DNA from: Octopus sinensis
Taxonomy: Eukaryota
Length of the DNA stretch: 64,000 nucleotides
Reading direction: 5' to 3'
NCBI RefSeq assembly: GCF_006345805.1
Contig: NC_043012.1
Location: forward strand, 15,934,001 to 15,998,000
The notes beneath the pieces were generated by a model, which was not told the origin of the DNA, searched no databases, and worked only from the letters and a program-made list of their open reading frames with translations. Of this stretch, positions 41,626-53,639 are shown piece after piece (the stretch's first letter is position 1; each line of letters starts with the position of its first letter). Position numbers and translations under genes: made by a program.

Positions 41626-42816
41626 TAACGTCTTGTCAGACACTCAAACCATTCTGCTAATCCTACCACCCTAATGATAAACATAATAGATTGACCACCC
41701 TTCCGCAAAACATGGCTAGAACAAAACTATTCTTCTCCATCATAAATAAAAGATTTGAGAATACTTGCTAGAGAAAATATTATGCACATTCCTAAACCAA
41801 TCTCAAGAAATCTATAGAGAAAATCTAACTTACTCTTTAATTTGATATCAGCCAAGAACTTTATCAACTCTATAACCTTTATTGAGTTTTAGAAATACGT
41901 TTACAAATTTGCATTAATTACAACTATCCTTGAATGAAAAATTCAAATTTTATTTTATTTTTATCTACAAATCAAGAATAAAGGAAAATAAGGAAATTCA
42001 TTAATCTTTTCATACATTCTTATCTACTTACTTCAAATCTTTCAACTATTTTTAATTGCTTAGTCTTCTGAAAATATATCGCAGCAAAGTTGAAGCAAAA
42101 TTTCTGAAGTAATCTGTCTGTGATTATAGAGACGGCAATACTAAATTAAGCAAAAAAATTAAATAACATATTAAATTAATTAAAATTTATGTTTTGCTAC
42201 TTATTTTATGAGAGGAAGGCGAGAATGTCGTTTACAACACTTCAGGTAAAGCTTTTCTCCCCTCTTGAAATCCAATGAAAAATGAAACCCTACAGCATAA
42301 AGAAATTGTAACCAAACTAAGAAGTATAACGTCACATTCCGGTATGATGACTGTATTCAATATAAATCAAGGGTAAACAACACTAAAAAAAAGAGATTGG
42401 ATATAGAGAGACACATGGCCGGCGTTCAAGCGCACAGTTATGACCAGGATTAACATATTTCACTGTATTCTGGACACCATCATACATTTAGATATTCAGA
42501 TACACACACACGTACGTGCGCGCACACTCACCCACATGAATCGGCACAACTGGAGTGAAACAAAACTATTTCTGTAAATACAAAGCCATATTGCATTTAA
42601 GGATAAATATATTATGATCAAGAAAACATCAATTCTGATATGGTAAATATTGCTAAAGCATTTTCAAACAGTATGTTTTAGTTTTCCACATTTTCGTTAG
42701 CATTGAACGTTTTTGTTAAGCTTGACATTTTTTGTTAAACTTGAATACATTTACACAAGTTTTCCAAGACATACTTATTCTGTTTTATAAAAGGAAACAC
42801 GTTCATATATTCCCCC

Positions 42817-43463
42817 GGATCTTTACCCTTTGACCGACAGATTTAAAAAATAAATTTTGTAACTAAACACTTTCAAACTTCGGACACTGGTAGAATGTGT
42901 CATATAAAATATATTTTACTCTTATTTTTGAAAAAAAACTTATATTTACGAAGTTATTTTACGTTAAATTTGTCTTATATCGGTAATTTCAACCAATCAA
43001 TGACGTGTATTCAGCTGAATAAAATTACTGCTGTAGTTTGTCAACAAGAACTATCGGCGGTGTATATTTCGTTTGTCATTGTTATTTATGACAACCCTAA
43101 CCCTAAAACCCTAACCCTAACCCTAACCCTAACCCTAAAACCCAACCCTAACACCCTACCCTAAAACCCTAACCCTAACCCTAAAATCTTAAACCAGTAC
43201 AAAATAACAGTGACGAATGAAAAATACACCACCGATAGTTTTTGTTGACACACAACGGCAGTAATTTCATTCAGCTGAATACACGTCATTGATTGGTTGA
43301 AATTACCGAAATAGGAAAACTTTAACGTGAAATAACTTCGTAAATATAAGTTTTTCTCAAACATACTAATAATAAAGGATGTTTTATATGACACATTCTA
43401 CCAGCGTCCGAAGTTTGAAAGTGTTTAGTTACAAAAAATCTGTCGGTCCAAAGGTAAAAAGCC
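42817..43463. mobile_element. Foldback/MITE DNA transposon with ~265-bp TIRs, GG..CC ends, 8-bp TSD and central (CCCTAA)n
   Basis: 42817-~43087 is the reverse complement of ~43200-43463; ATTCCCCC at 42809-42816 and 43464-43471; telomeric repeats 43092-43185. Confidence 0.9.
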
Positions 43464-44104
43464 ATTCCCCCAACTTTGAGTAATAAAGATACTAATGATA
43501 CTGATATTAGATGAGTAGTGTCGGGTACAGACAAAGTAGCAGTGGATGCAGAAAATAGTAATAGGGACTCAACATTTCGACTGAGGAAAAAAAAGGAAGA
43601 CAAGGATAGCACCAGTGATAGACCTAAGATAGAAAAATAATTAACACTAGCCTAGATACTGCAATACAAACAACAAAAATCTTAAGAAAGCCGCTGTCTA
43701 AAACTAGATATCAAAATATGTAAAAGGTGAACATAGAGTACTAGAAGAAAGTTTACTGTATACTGAAAGAACCAGTGCTAATATTTCAAAATCATTTCTA
43801 TCTACAAAACTAAAGAAATAACAACTTTCCATAATGATATATCTATTATCTAGTTACCAATCGTGCATATAGCTGGAATCCCAATATATGTGCAGGTTTT
43901 GATTGTTTTTCTCACACGTATATTCTGGAAAAAAGATGTGAGTAAATATGGGTAAAACAGCATAAATAATAGTCAGATCAAACATGTTGTTAATAAACGG
44001 AGAAGAATCTCTGCAGACTGAGAAGGAATTATAGGAATAGATAACATATTCCAGCTATACTAGAAAAGTAAAATTTCAGGTTTGTATTCTCAGATAACAA
44101 AGTA

Positions 44105-44290
44105 AGGTAGAAAGTTGGCAGAATCAGTACGTCGGACAAAATGCTTAGCGACATTTCGTCCGTCTTTACGTTCTGAGTTCAAATTCCACCGAGGTCGACT
44201 TTACCTTTCACCCTTTCGGGGTCGATAAGCGACGTAATCGACTTAACCTCTTCTCGGAAATTGCTGGCCTTGTGCCAACATTTAAAATGA
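44105..44290 (+). mobile_element. SINE family A with internal deletion
   Basis: GTTCTGAGTTCAAATTCCACCGAGGTCGACTTTACCTTTCACCCTTTCGGGGTCGATAA. Confidence 0.82.
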
Positions 44291-44872
44291 TCATTAGAAA
44301 ACAAAGTGTTTTCTATTTAAGGTAAAAGAATATTTTAAAACCTGAAAACTAATGAGCAAATTCAATGCAAGGATGGCTCCCCAGCTTTTTTTAAAAAAAA
44401 CTTACAGGTTATAATTGTCAATTTTGCTTAAATTGCTATTATGTGATATTTTAAACTTAAGTTTGTAACATCAAATTTCTCACTTGTAGGCAATTAGTCT
44501 TTTCATTAAAATTGAATATAAATAGCTTCATGATTATTTTAATTTAAACTTTTAAGTAAAAATCAAATATCTAAAAGGGCATTTATTTCTAGTTTTTAAA
44601 TTCAGCAATACAATTTTTAAGTATTTTTCTCTTGTCCCCTGCATCTCCAGGCTTAATTACTCACTTTTTCTGATTCATTACTTAAGAATATTCTAGCATT
44701 TTTTATTCTGGCCCTCATTTTTTTCCAGGAAACGATTCTATTATTATGATTAACTATATTTACTTTCATTTTTTAAGCAAATACAAAGAAGTTTTAATAT
44801 CAAAAATATTAAACTCAGTTTTAAAAAATGTTCAATAAATATAAAAACAAAAATGCACACACACTATTTGAC

Positions 44873-44908
44873 GACCGGTTTCAGAAGTTTCAGCTTCGTT
44901 TTCCTCAG
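44873..44908 (-). ncRNA. Possible degenerate hammerhead motif
   Basis: CTGAGGA-AAAC GAAG CTGAAA CTTC T-GAAACCGGTC; core boxes present, stem I does not pair. Confidence 0.35.
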
Positions 44909-45550
44909 CTTTTGTTCGGCAGCAGCTAGAGACATATGTTTTATGGCAGATGCTAGTTTAATAACCAATGGTTACACTTTAAAAAATAATGAATGCGTTT
45001 ATAAAACCACTACGTGTATAAATATATTATAAATACAGAAATTCAAGGTTCTTTAGCAAATGGAAAATTATAAAATAAAATATCAATTTTTCATAGTATT
45101 TTTTAGATTTGTCTCTGAAAAGCATATCTATTAAAGCATAAAAGCATATTCTATAAAAAGCGTATTAAATAAAGAATAAAAGTGAAATATCACAAATAGC
45201 ACAAGAATATAATGGAAGCCAGCAAACAGTTAGAAAGTAATGTAAGCATTTCCTTCGATTTCTCCATCTAGGGATATCAAGGCCGACGTAGCACCACGTG
45301 AAAAACAAGAAAAGTAGAGAAAATTAAAAAAGATCTCTCAGTCTTTAATAAAGTCAATAACAAAACCACAAAAATAAAAACAAAGAAATATTCCATTAGC
45401 AAGAATAACTGTCACGCTGACGCAAACATAATTGCAGTTTTTAAGTACAAAATTTAAAACAAAATATATCTCCACTCAGAAAAAAAAAGATTAGTTGAAA
45501 TAATAATTTACACTAATGTAAACATCCTCCTCCTCCTAATAACAATAATG

Positions 45551-45603
<53 letters not shown>

Positions 45604-45604
<1 letters not shown>

Positions 45605-45968
45605 GACAATGTGTCTCTAAAAGAAATAGAGAAACTTTCAAAATACAAAGACCTGGAAATAGAGGTAACCAGAATGTGGAATCTAAAAACAGAAACAATT
45701 CCTATCATAATAGGTACATTAGGCATGATAAAAAATATTCAGACAAATACATAACAAAAATAATGATAATATTCAGACACAAAAATACCAGGACTTACAA
45801 ACATATATAACATACAGAAAATTGCACTACTAGGCACTGCACACATCCTACGCAGAACACTTTCCATACAATAACCATCAGAGCATCACAACAAATCCCA
45901 GCACATACCCAATGCACACAGAGCTGCGCTCGGTAGTGAAGTGAAAGCACGCTATAAAAAATATACTA

Positions 45969-45971
<3 letters not shown>
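45604..45971 (+). mobile_element. 5'-truncated Dong/R4-like element (RLE C-terminus and 3' UTR) between (TAA)n tracts
   Basis: EKLSKYKDLEIEVTRMWNLKTETIPIIIGTLG...IQKIALLGTAHILRRTLS; (TAA)n at 45548-45603 and 45972-46012. Confidence 0.88.
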
Positions 45972-46009
<38 letters not shown>

Positions 46010-46544
46010 TAATAGCACTCAAAGAACGCCAACCTCCGCCAATGTTTCTTTACTTTGGCACTACGGCCACAATACAGAGGGGACACTACAAAGATAGACA
46101 CAACACCACAATGGGGACAAAAAACATAAAATGAATGAAAATGAGATGTTATATAAAAAAATGAAATGGCTGCATGGGACCCACTCACATGCAGTATCGC
46201 TTGAACGTTTATATAAACTATTTACAATTGTCCTATTAACCTATTGTTTTTTCATAATCTCGTTTTTTCCTCTTTTATAAAATGAAACAATTTTACTTTT
46301 TTCCTTTTTTCTTCAATAAAACAATTTTACTTACTTTTTCCTTTTTGATATCTCATGAAAGTTTCTAAATCTTTTAGCTCCACTACTAGTGGCAATTCAT
46401 CGAACTCCCCATTGACTTACCGTCTGGATGAAAATTTTGTGAGTTGTTGTTATATTGCTTTTTGAACGTTTTCGTTGACACTTTGTTATACTGTCTTGCG
46501 GCAATTGCAAAATTTATTGTTTTATGATAACGATAATAGTAATC

Positions 46545-46680
46545 CTTTCTACTAAAGGTACAAGAGCTGAAATTTGTGAGGAGAGGAGTAGTCGATTACA
46601 TCGACCCCAAATTTTCATTGGTACTTAATTTATCGACATCGAAAGGATGAAAGGCAAAGTAAACCCCAGCAGAATTTGGA
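46545..46680 (-). mobile_element. SINE family A, cut off at the (TAA)n preceding the Dong element
   Basis: GTCGATTACATCGACCCC..GGTACTTAATTTATCGACATCGAAAGGATGAAAGGCAAAGT. Confidence 0.78.
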
Positions 46681-46686
46681 ATAATG

Positions 46687-46750
<64 letters not shown>

Positions 46751-46751
<1 letters not shown>

Positions 46752-49700
46752 GAGTGAGCCTTTTATAAGTTTAAAAGAGGAAGGGAAAAGAAGGAAGGAA
46801 AAAGGGGAAGAAGGAGATAGAGAGAAAGAGAGAGGAAAAAAGGAAGAGAAGGGGAAAAATGTTCGGAGATAAAACTATCAACAAAAAAATACAGACGAAT
46901 ACAAATCTGCTAGCCTTAAGAAGCTGCGCTACGAGCAATGCTTACGTGTAGAGAACCCTAAACTGACAGATCCATCTCCTAATATAAGAATGGAAGCTCG
47001 TCATGCTTCATGTCAACAAATCAAACGATAAACCGCATTGGTCGTTGCGCGGATTGCAAAAGACCACGTTCCCGAAAATTGAACCAAATTCTGATTGAAA
47101 AATCAGCTACTGGATCAAATTTTCCCAACACACAGGAGCTGGACGTACCCCACAACCGGAATATTCCAACAGATGGCCATCCATGCTCGCCACCAAATAA
47201 TCAAAAGAAAAAGAAGGAAAAATGGTCTAGGGAAGATAATAAAGAAGTTCTTGAGGCCTTCTACCATGCCATATATTTCCCCACAGATAAATCTAACACT
47301 GTACAAACATACTTAAACTGGAGACAGAAACACCCTGAAGTAAGACCCTACATAGACAGTAACAAACTTGCCAACGTCAGAAGAAATATTATAAAAAAAA
47401 TTACTGACTGAAGTAGAGATTGATCAAGTTAGACAAGCAATATCGGATAAAAGGAACGAAGCTGCAGTTAGAGAAGATAATACAGAGGAAATAATTATAG
47501 ACCAGCCCAGGGCTGATAAAACGAAGTAAGGATTGAAAGAGTTAGTATAAGTGATAGGCAAAGTAAAATACTCCCTGAACCAATCATAAACACTAAGACA
47601 GATGAACATCAAATAGATAAAGAAAGTCACACAAATATTGACCCAACAGAACTATATGAGCTAAAAAATCAAATCATGATTGAATGGCTGAAAATTAAAA
47701 GAAACCAGCATGGATGAATTTGATACACTCCCTAAAATCCGCAACTCTAACCAAAACATGAAAATAATTGGTAAAATCCGGCTTGCACTTAAGGATATAA
47801 TTTCAGCTAATGATGTTGATATCACAAATCTCAACCACCTATACTATGCATCCGCGAAAATCTCAACGATCCTATGTGGTGTAAACATTAGAAAACGGCA
47901 ACATTCCCACAAAAAGCCTTCTTGGTAAGAGCGTCTGCAACAACAAATTAAACTATTTAGATCTGACATTGAATATTTGAAAAACCTTAAGGTTCACAAG
48001 ACTACCAAACCTACAAAAACCCCAAAATTGCTGAAAAAATACAATATGAAAACTATACATGATATTGATGCCACCATAGAAACCATCAAACAAAGGGTAT
48101 CTGCCAAAGCTGCCCGCATAGCGAGGTATGAAAAGCGTGTTAGATTTTTCAAGGACAACATGTTCAAAAATAACCCCAAGAATTTTTACAGGAAGATAGG
48201 AAAAACAGCGTTTACTGCAAGGTCTGTAACATCAAAAGAAGAAGTGCAGGGATTTTGGAATAAAATTTGGGCAGAAGAAAAAACACAGAAGGAGAAGGCC
48301 CCGTGGATTGACAGAATATCTACAGAACTGGACCCCTTAGAAGAGCAAAAGTGGGAGGGTGTCAAGGTAGAAGATATAAGATCTGCTCTCAGGAGGTCAA
48401 GCAAAGGGAAGTATCCAGTAAAGGATAAAATTCCTAACTTCTGGCTGAATGCCTTCCCAGAGAGCCATGAACTGCTAACAGAACTGTACAATGATGTTTT
48501 GCAACACCCTAGTAGGATGCCTCCTTGGCTAGTTAATGGGTTAACATTCCTGCTTCCAAAAAGTGAAGAAACAAATGAACCAAAAACTATAGACCCATAA
48601 CCTGCTTAACAACTATGTACAAAACGCTAGCATCTGTCATGACGGAATATACCTATAGTTTTTTAACAGACAGCAGCATATTCCCTAATGAACAGAAAGG
48701 ATGTAAACGTGGATCCTACGGCTGTAAAGATCAACTACTCATCAATAAAATGATCTTAGAATATTGTCACAAACGACACAAAAACTTATCAATAGCCTGG
48801 ATAGACTATAAAAAGACTTTTGATAGCCTACCACATAGCTGGATTAGGAAATGCCTGGAAATGTATAAGATAGCACCTACTCTGCGAAACTTTTTGACTG
48901 TAAGTATGAGATCATGGAGAACCACACTAACTCTGAACAGTGACAATGAATCCCTAAATGCTGGTGATGTAAAAATTTCGTGTGGCATTTTCCAGGGTGA
49001 CTCACTGTCACCAATCCTCTTTTGTTTATCCTTAATACCTCTCTCAAAGCTGCTTAATGACGCGCAGTACGGGTATAAAATGTTTGATAAAAATATAAAT
49101 CATCTCATTTACATGGATGATTTAAAGCTTTTTGCAAAAAATGACCAACAACTCAAGGGCTTACTAGCGATAGTCAAACAATTCAGTGACGACATCAGAA
49201 TGCAATTCGGCCTCGATAAATGTGCAAAAGCTACCTTTATCAAAGGAAAAATGACAGAAACATATAATGTTAACCTTGACCAGCAGAATGTTATAAAAGA
49301 ACTAGACCCAGCGGAGAGCTACAAGTACCTAGGGGTAATTGAAGGGAACGGAATAAGGTATTCGGAGATGAAGGAAAGGATCAGGAGAGAATGCTATCGA
49401 AGAGTGAGAGCAATACTCAAGACAGAGCTGAATGCAAGAAACAGGATCGAAGCGATCAGTGCATTAGCCATACCAGTAGTGACTTACAGTTTCAATATCT
49501 TTAACTGGTCAATTACTGAAATATGTCAACTCGACAGAAAAATAAGAAAACTGTTGACAATGCATAGAATGCACCACCCTAAGGCAGATACAGACCGACT
49601 TTATCTGCCAAGGAAAGAGGGAGGCAACTGGCAATAACAATGAAGATTGCTACAATTGGCCTAGACACCTACCTGAAAAAGTCTGAGGACTGGATGTTAA

Positions 49701-50843
49701 AACTTGTCTCAAAACATGAAAACAAGAAAGCATCATACTCAGTAACAAAACAGGCGAAGGAATATCTAAGTGAATTCCGAATACAACACATTTCGGAATT
49801 AGAGATAGACATACAAGAAACAAGCACAGAAAAAGCTAGGCGCATGAAAACCCGTGCCAAAACTGCGGCCTTAGATATTCTCAATAATAAATGGCAAGAA
49901 AGACCTCTCTATGGCAAATACCCAAAGAGAGCGAATAATGCAGATATTGACAAAGCCCTGACCCATCAATGGCTAATGGCCTCTGGCTTAAAATCTGAAA
50001 CAGAAGGTTTTATCATAGCAGCTCAAGATCAATGCCTACCAACAAGAAACTACCAGGCCAACATATTAAAGAACGGCAGTAACCCAACATGTCGTGTATG
50101 CCGACAACAAAATGAAACCATTGATCATGTTGTCTCCAAATACAGTCTTATAGCGCCTACAGAGTACCTCAACAGGCATGATAGAGCTGCACAATATATT
50201 CACTGGGTAATTTGCAAAAACCTGGATTTGCCCCATGAAAAATACTGGTGGGAACACAATCCACCTCCAGTGCTTGAAAATGACCACATCTCACTCCTCT
50301 GGAACTTCACCATTCAAACTGACAGAAAAATAGATGCAAATAGGCCAGACATCATATTGAAAGACTTCAGACAAAGAACATGCCTCCTCATTGATATGAC
50401 TGTCCCAATCGATATAAACGTATCTGTCAAGACCTACCAAAAACTGAGCAAATATAAAGATCTTGAAATAGAAATCAGTAAAATGTGGAACCTGAAGACT
50501 AAAACAATACCTGTTGTCATAGGTGCCCTGGGAATGATAGCGAAAGGGGCTGATTGCTACCTAACTCAGATACCAGGAAACCCCAAAATGGCAGAAATTC
50601 AAAAGATAGTGCTCATGGGAACTGCTCATATCCTACGCAAAATACTCTCTATGTAATCCCAAGGTTTAAAACAATTTTTTTTAAAATTTATGTATTAGAC
50701 ATTCACTAGTACAACACAAAAAAACCCAAATATATGGCACACTAGGCATAACAGCAACGTGAACTTCCAACCTGTTGTCTCTTGAGGTCTCTGTGTGAGA
50801 CTTGGAGCCAACTTGTACAGACATAAAGCAAAAGTCAAACATA

Positions 50844-50844
<1 letters not shown>
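46751..50844 (+). mobile_element. Near full-length Dong/R4-clade non-LTR retrotransposon (RT, CCHC, restriction-like endonuclease), inactivated
   Basis: One ORF broken into 47010..50656: EQKGC, WIDYKKTFDS, GIFQGDSLSP, YMDDLK, CRVC..ETIDHVVSKY, RHD, RPDI, KLSKYKDL; (TAA)n on both sides. Confidence 0.93.
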
Positions 50845-50914
<70 letters not shown>

Positions 50915-50930
50915 GTAGTAGTTGTAATGA

Positions 50931-51488
50931 CTTCTAGGGTCTCATCTTCATTTCGAAGTGTTGCAAACAATATTGATGTGCGTATTTGTTAAGATATTCT
51001 GGCTAATGATTTGGTTGATATTGAGCGCAGACAGAGAAAAAGTCAATACGTATGGAGACCTGAGAATTTAGATCGTAAAGATGTGGTTGTTACGAGAGTC
51101 GAACATAAAGCTTATCCTTATTGTCATCGGAGCATTGGACCCAACGCCACCCAATCTGAAGAAAAAAAAAATTGAAAACCTTAGAAATAACCTACAATCT
51201 AGATGTATTGCAGAAGTCGGCATTATTTGGAACTGCACGAATGAGGAGAAATGGCGAACAACTATTGAAGTTCAACATTTTATTCTTTTGCAACCTCTAT
51301 TGTTGCTTTGTTTGGATTCATTTCAATATTGGTCCTTACATTTACGTTGTCAATTGTCAAAATGTGCCAACAACCTTACTCCACTTCTAGGTTCTCATCT
51401 CCATTTCGAAGTGTTGCAACCAATATTGACGTACGACGTATTAGTTAAGATGTTCTGGTTAACGACTTGGTTGATATTGAGCGCAGAT
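50931..51488 (+). repeat. ~100-bp diverged direct repeats (50931-51030, 51384-51488) around an old RLE C-terminal relic
   Basis: CTTCTAGG..CATTTCGAAGTGTTGCAA..GGTTGATATTGAGCGCAGA occurs twice; relic MW..IVIGAL and LQKSALFGTA. Confidence 0.7.
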
Positions 51489-53489
51489 ACTGCTGTTTTG
51501 CGTTCTGTTTTGAACTTATGTAATAAAATCACTCAAATTTGCTTTTTCCTCGTCTTTAATTCGATAGCTTAAAATAAACAAGAACAAATAGTAAAATCAT
51601 TAGCATAAATCAATATACTATATCAAAATTTGCGCTTCAAAACGGCATGAACGTTGTATTTAAAAGATAAGCAACAACGCCAAAAACAAACGCAAACAAT
51701 TATCTTTGTATTAGCCCCATAGTAATAATAATTACATTAGAACCAGTAGGAATGCTTGGAGTTGAAAATTATTAATTTAGAAAAGAAAGAATGCTGTAAG
51801 GCATTAAGAAATTGATTCTCTAGATGTAATTTTGAAAAAATGCCAAAGGAACAGTCATTGAGAGGAAATTGAGAAATAATTCCTAATCAATATTAGGATA
51901 TAAAAATTATTCTAAAATGACGTCAGAGAAGTTGGAGAATAAATGTATTTATGATTATCAGCAAAGCTAGGTTCCTAATGCGTAGAACAGGGGACATGAA
52001 GTTGTGACTTTTATACCTTTTCCAGAAAATATTCTTCAATAATATAAACCAAGATGAATGCAATGGCGAGTAAAGACACTGCAACGTCAAGTAGAAATCT
52101 TGCATAAAAGGTTTACTTAAAAAGTGATTAGATTTCAGTGATAAGTGACTTAATAGCTAATCCTTGTGGTTTATGTTACTGAGCGTCTAGGAAGTAAACA
52201 TGAAGCCAAAATGCTTTAATTGTTGTGGAAGGGTAAAATGGAGTTTAATACAAAAAGTAAGAAACAAAATAAATAAAGTGAGAATTGTCTAATAGACGTG
52301 CAATTGTATATCAACACACAAGAGACTCTACCCAGAATTTCTCATCAACTCTGATAATGGATGAGCACTACGTAATTGCAAAGATGGATATGAAAATATT
52401 AAGATAAATATTCTAAAAACAAAATGAAAATAAATTTCAATGCTAAACTATAAGTTCTTTATAGTAAGGCAAACAAATAGAAGCGATATATTTGCGAAAA
52501 AAATCTGGAAACGTGTAACCGGACATCAGAGATTAAAGAAATAACGACAAACAAAACGAAAACATAAGTTCTTAATTAAGGGCTAATAAGTTATATGCAT
52601 TGACGGAGAAACAAATTCAAGCACATAATATCTATATGTATATCAACATAAAGACTAAATTGTTATCGTAGCGGACAGTATTTTGCCGAATCAACTGCTT
52701 ATAGATTAATGCCATAACATTACACACGTTTTATACAATCATTCCAACAATATGAGTTGACTACATAAAACCTTGAAAATAAAATTGCATGATAAACATG
52801 TCCTTTAAGATAATAGGCTTAAGACGTATGATAATAGTAAAAAAATGTAAGTTGCAACAGATCAAATAAATATTGATTATAACGTGTTCTTTGTACTTTC
52901 ATGTGAAGCACAACTTGCAAATATATTTATTATTTACTGTTTCATATTTATGTATCATCTAAAGATATTTCTGAAAACAATTTAGTAAAAAAGAGTAGTT
53001 TAAAGAAGAGCTTATATTCAAATGTTCAAAGAAAAAAGGAGGAAAATAAATAAGCAGATCAAATGTGCTAACGGACATAAAAAAGGGTGAGATGAGAGCT
53101 TTTGAAGTAAAACTGGATAAAACCGTTTACTTTCGGACCATCATGTGGTAGAAATTACCGTTACGATAATTATGAGGGGTTCTTCAAAACAAACCAACAT
53201 TGATTCTAATGTCATATATTCCAAACATTGCACCTGAGTGTCTAGATATAAAGAAGAAGTGTATAAATTTATAAGGCAGAAGAATATATTTAGCGTTGTC
53301 AGGGGTCAAGTGGAAAGATTATGCGTAATATAAGTTATTGAAAATAATATGATACACCGCAGTCAGTTTCAAATCTGATAAAACCAATCCCGGGGGTTTG
53401 CATCTCAAACTTAGAAAACTATCATGGGCAGTGTTTCTTCTTAATTTAGATCTTGCAATACTATTATTGATATTCATCAGATGCAGCAT

Positions 53490-53637
<148 letters not shown>

Positions 53638-53639
53638 GA

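Noticed and set aside
43092-43185. True telomere or chromosome-fusion scar
   Set aside because: Short, single orientation, and enclosed by TIRs with a TSD
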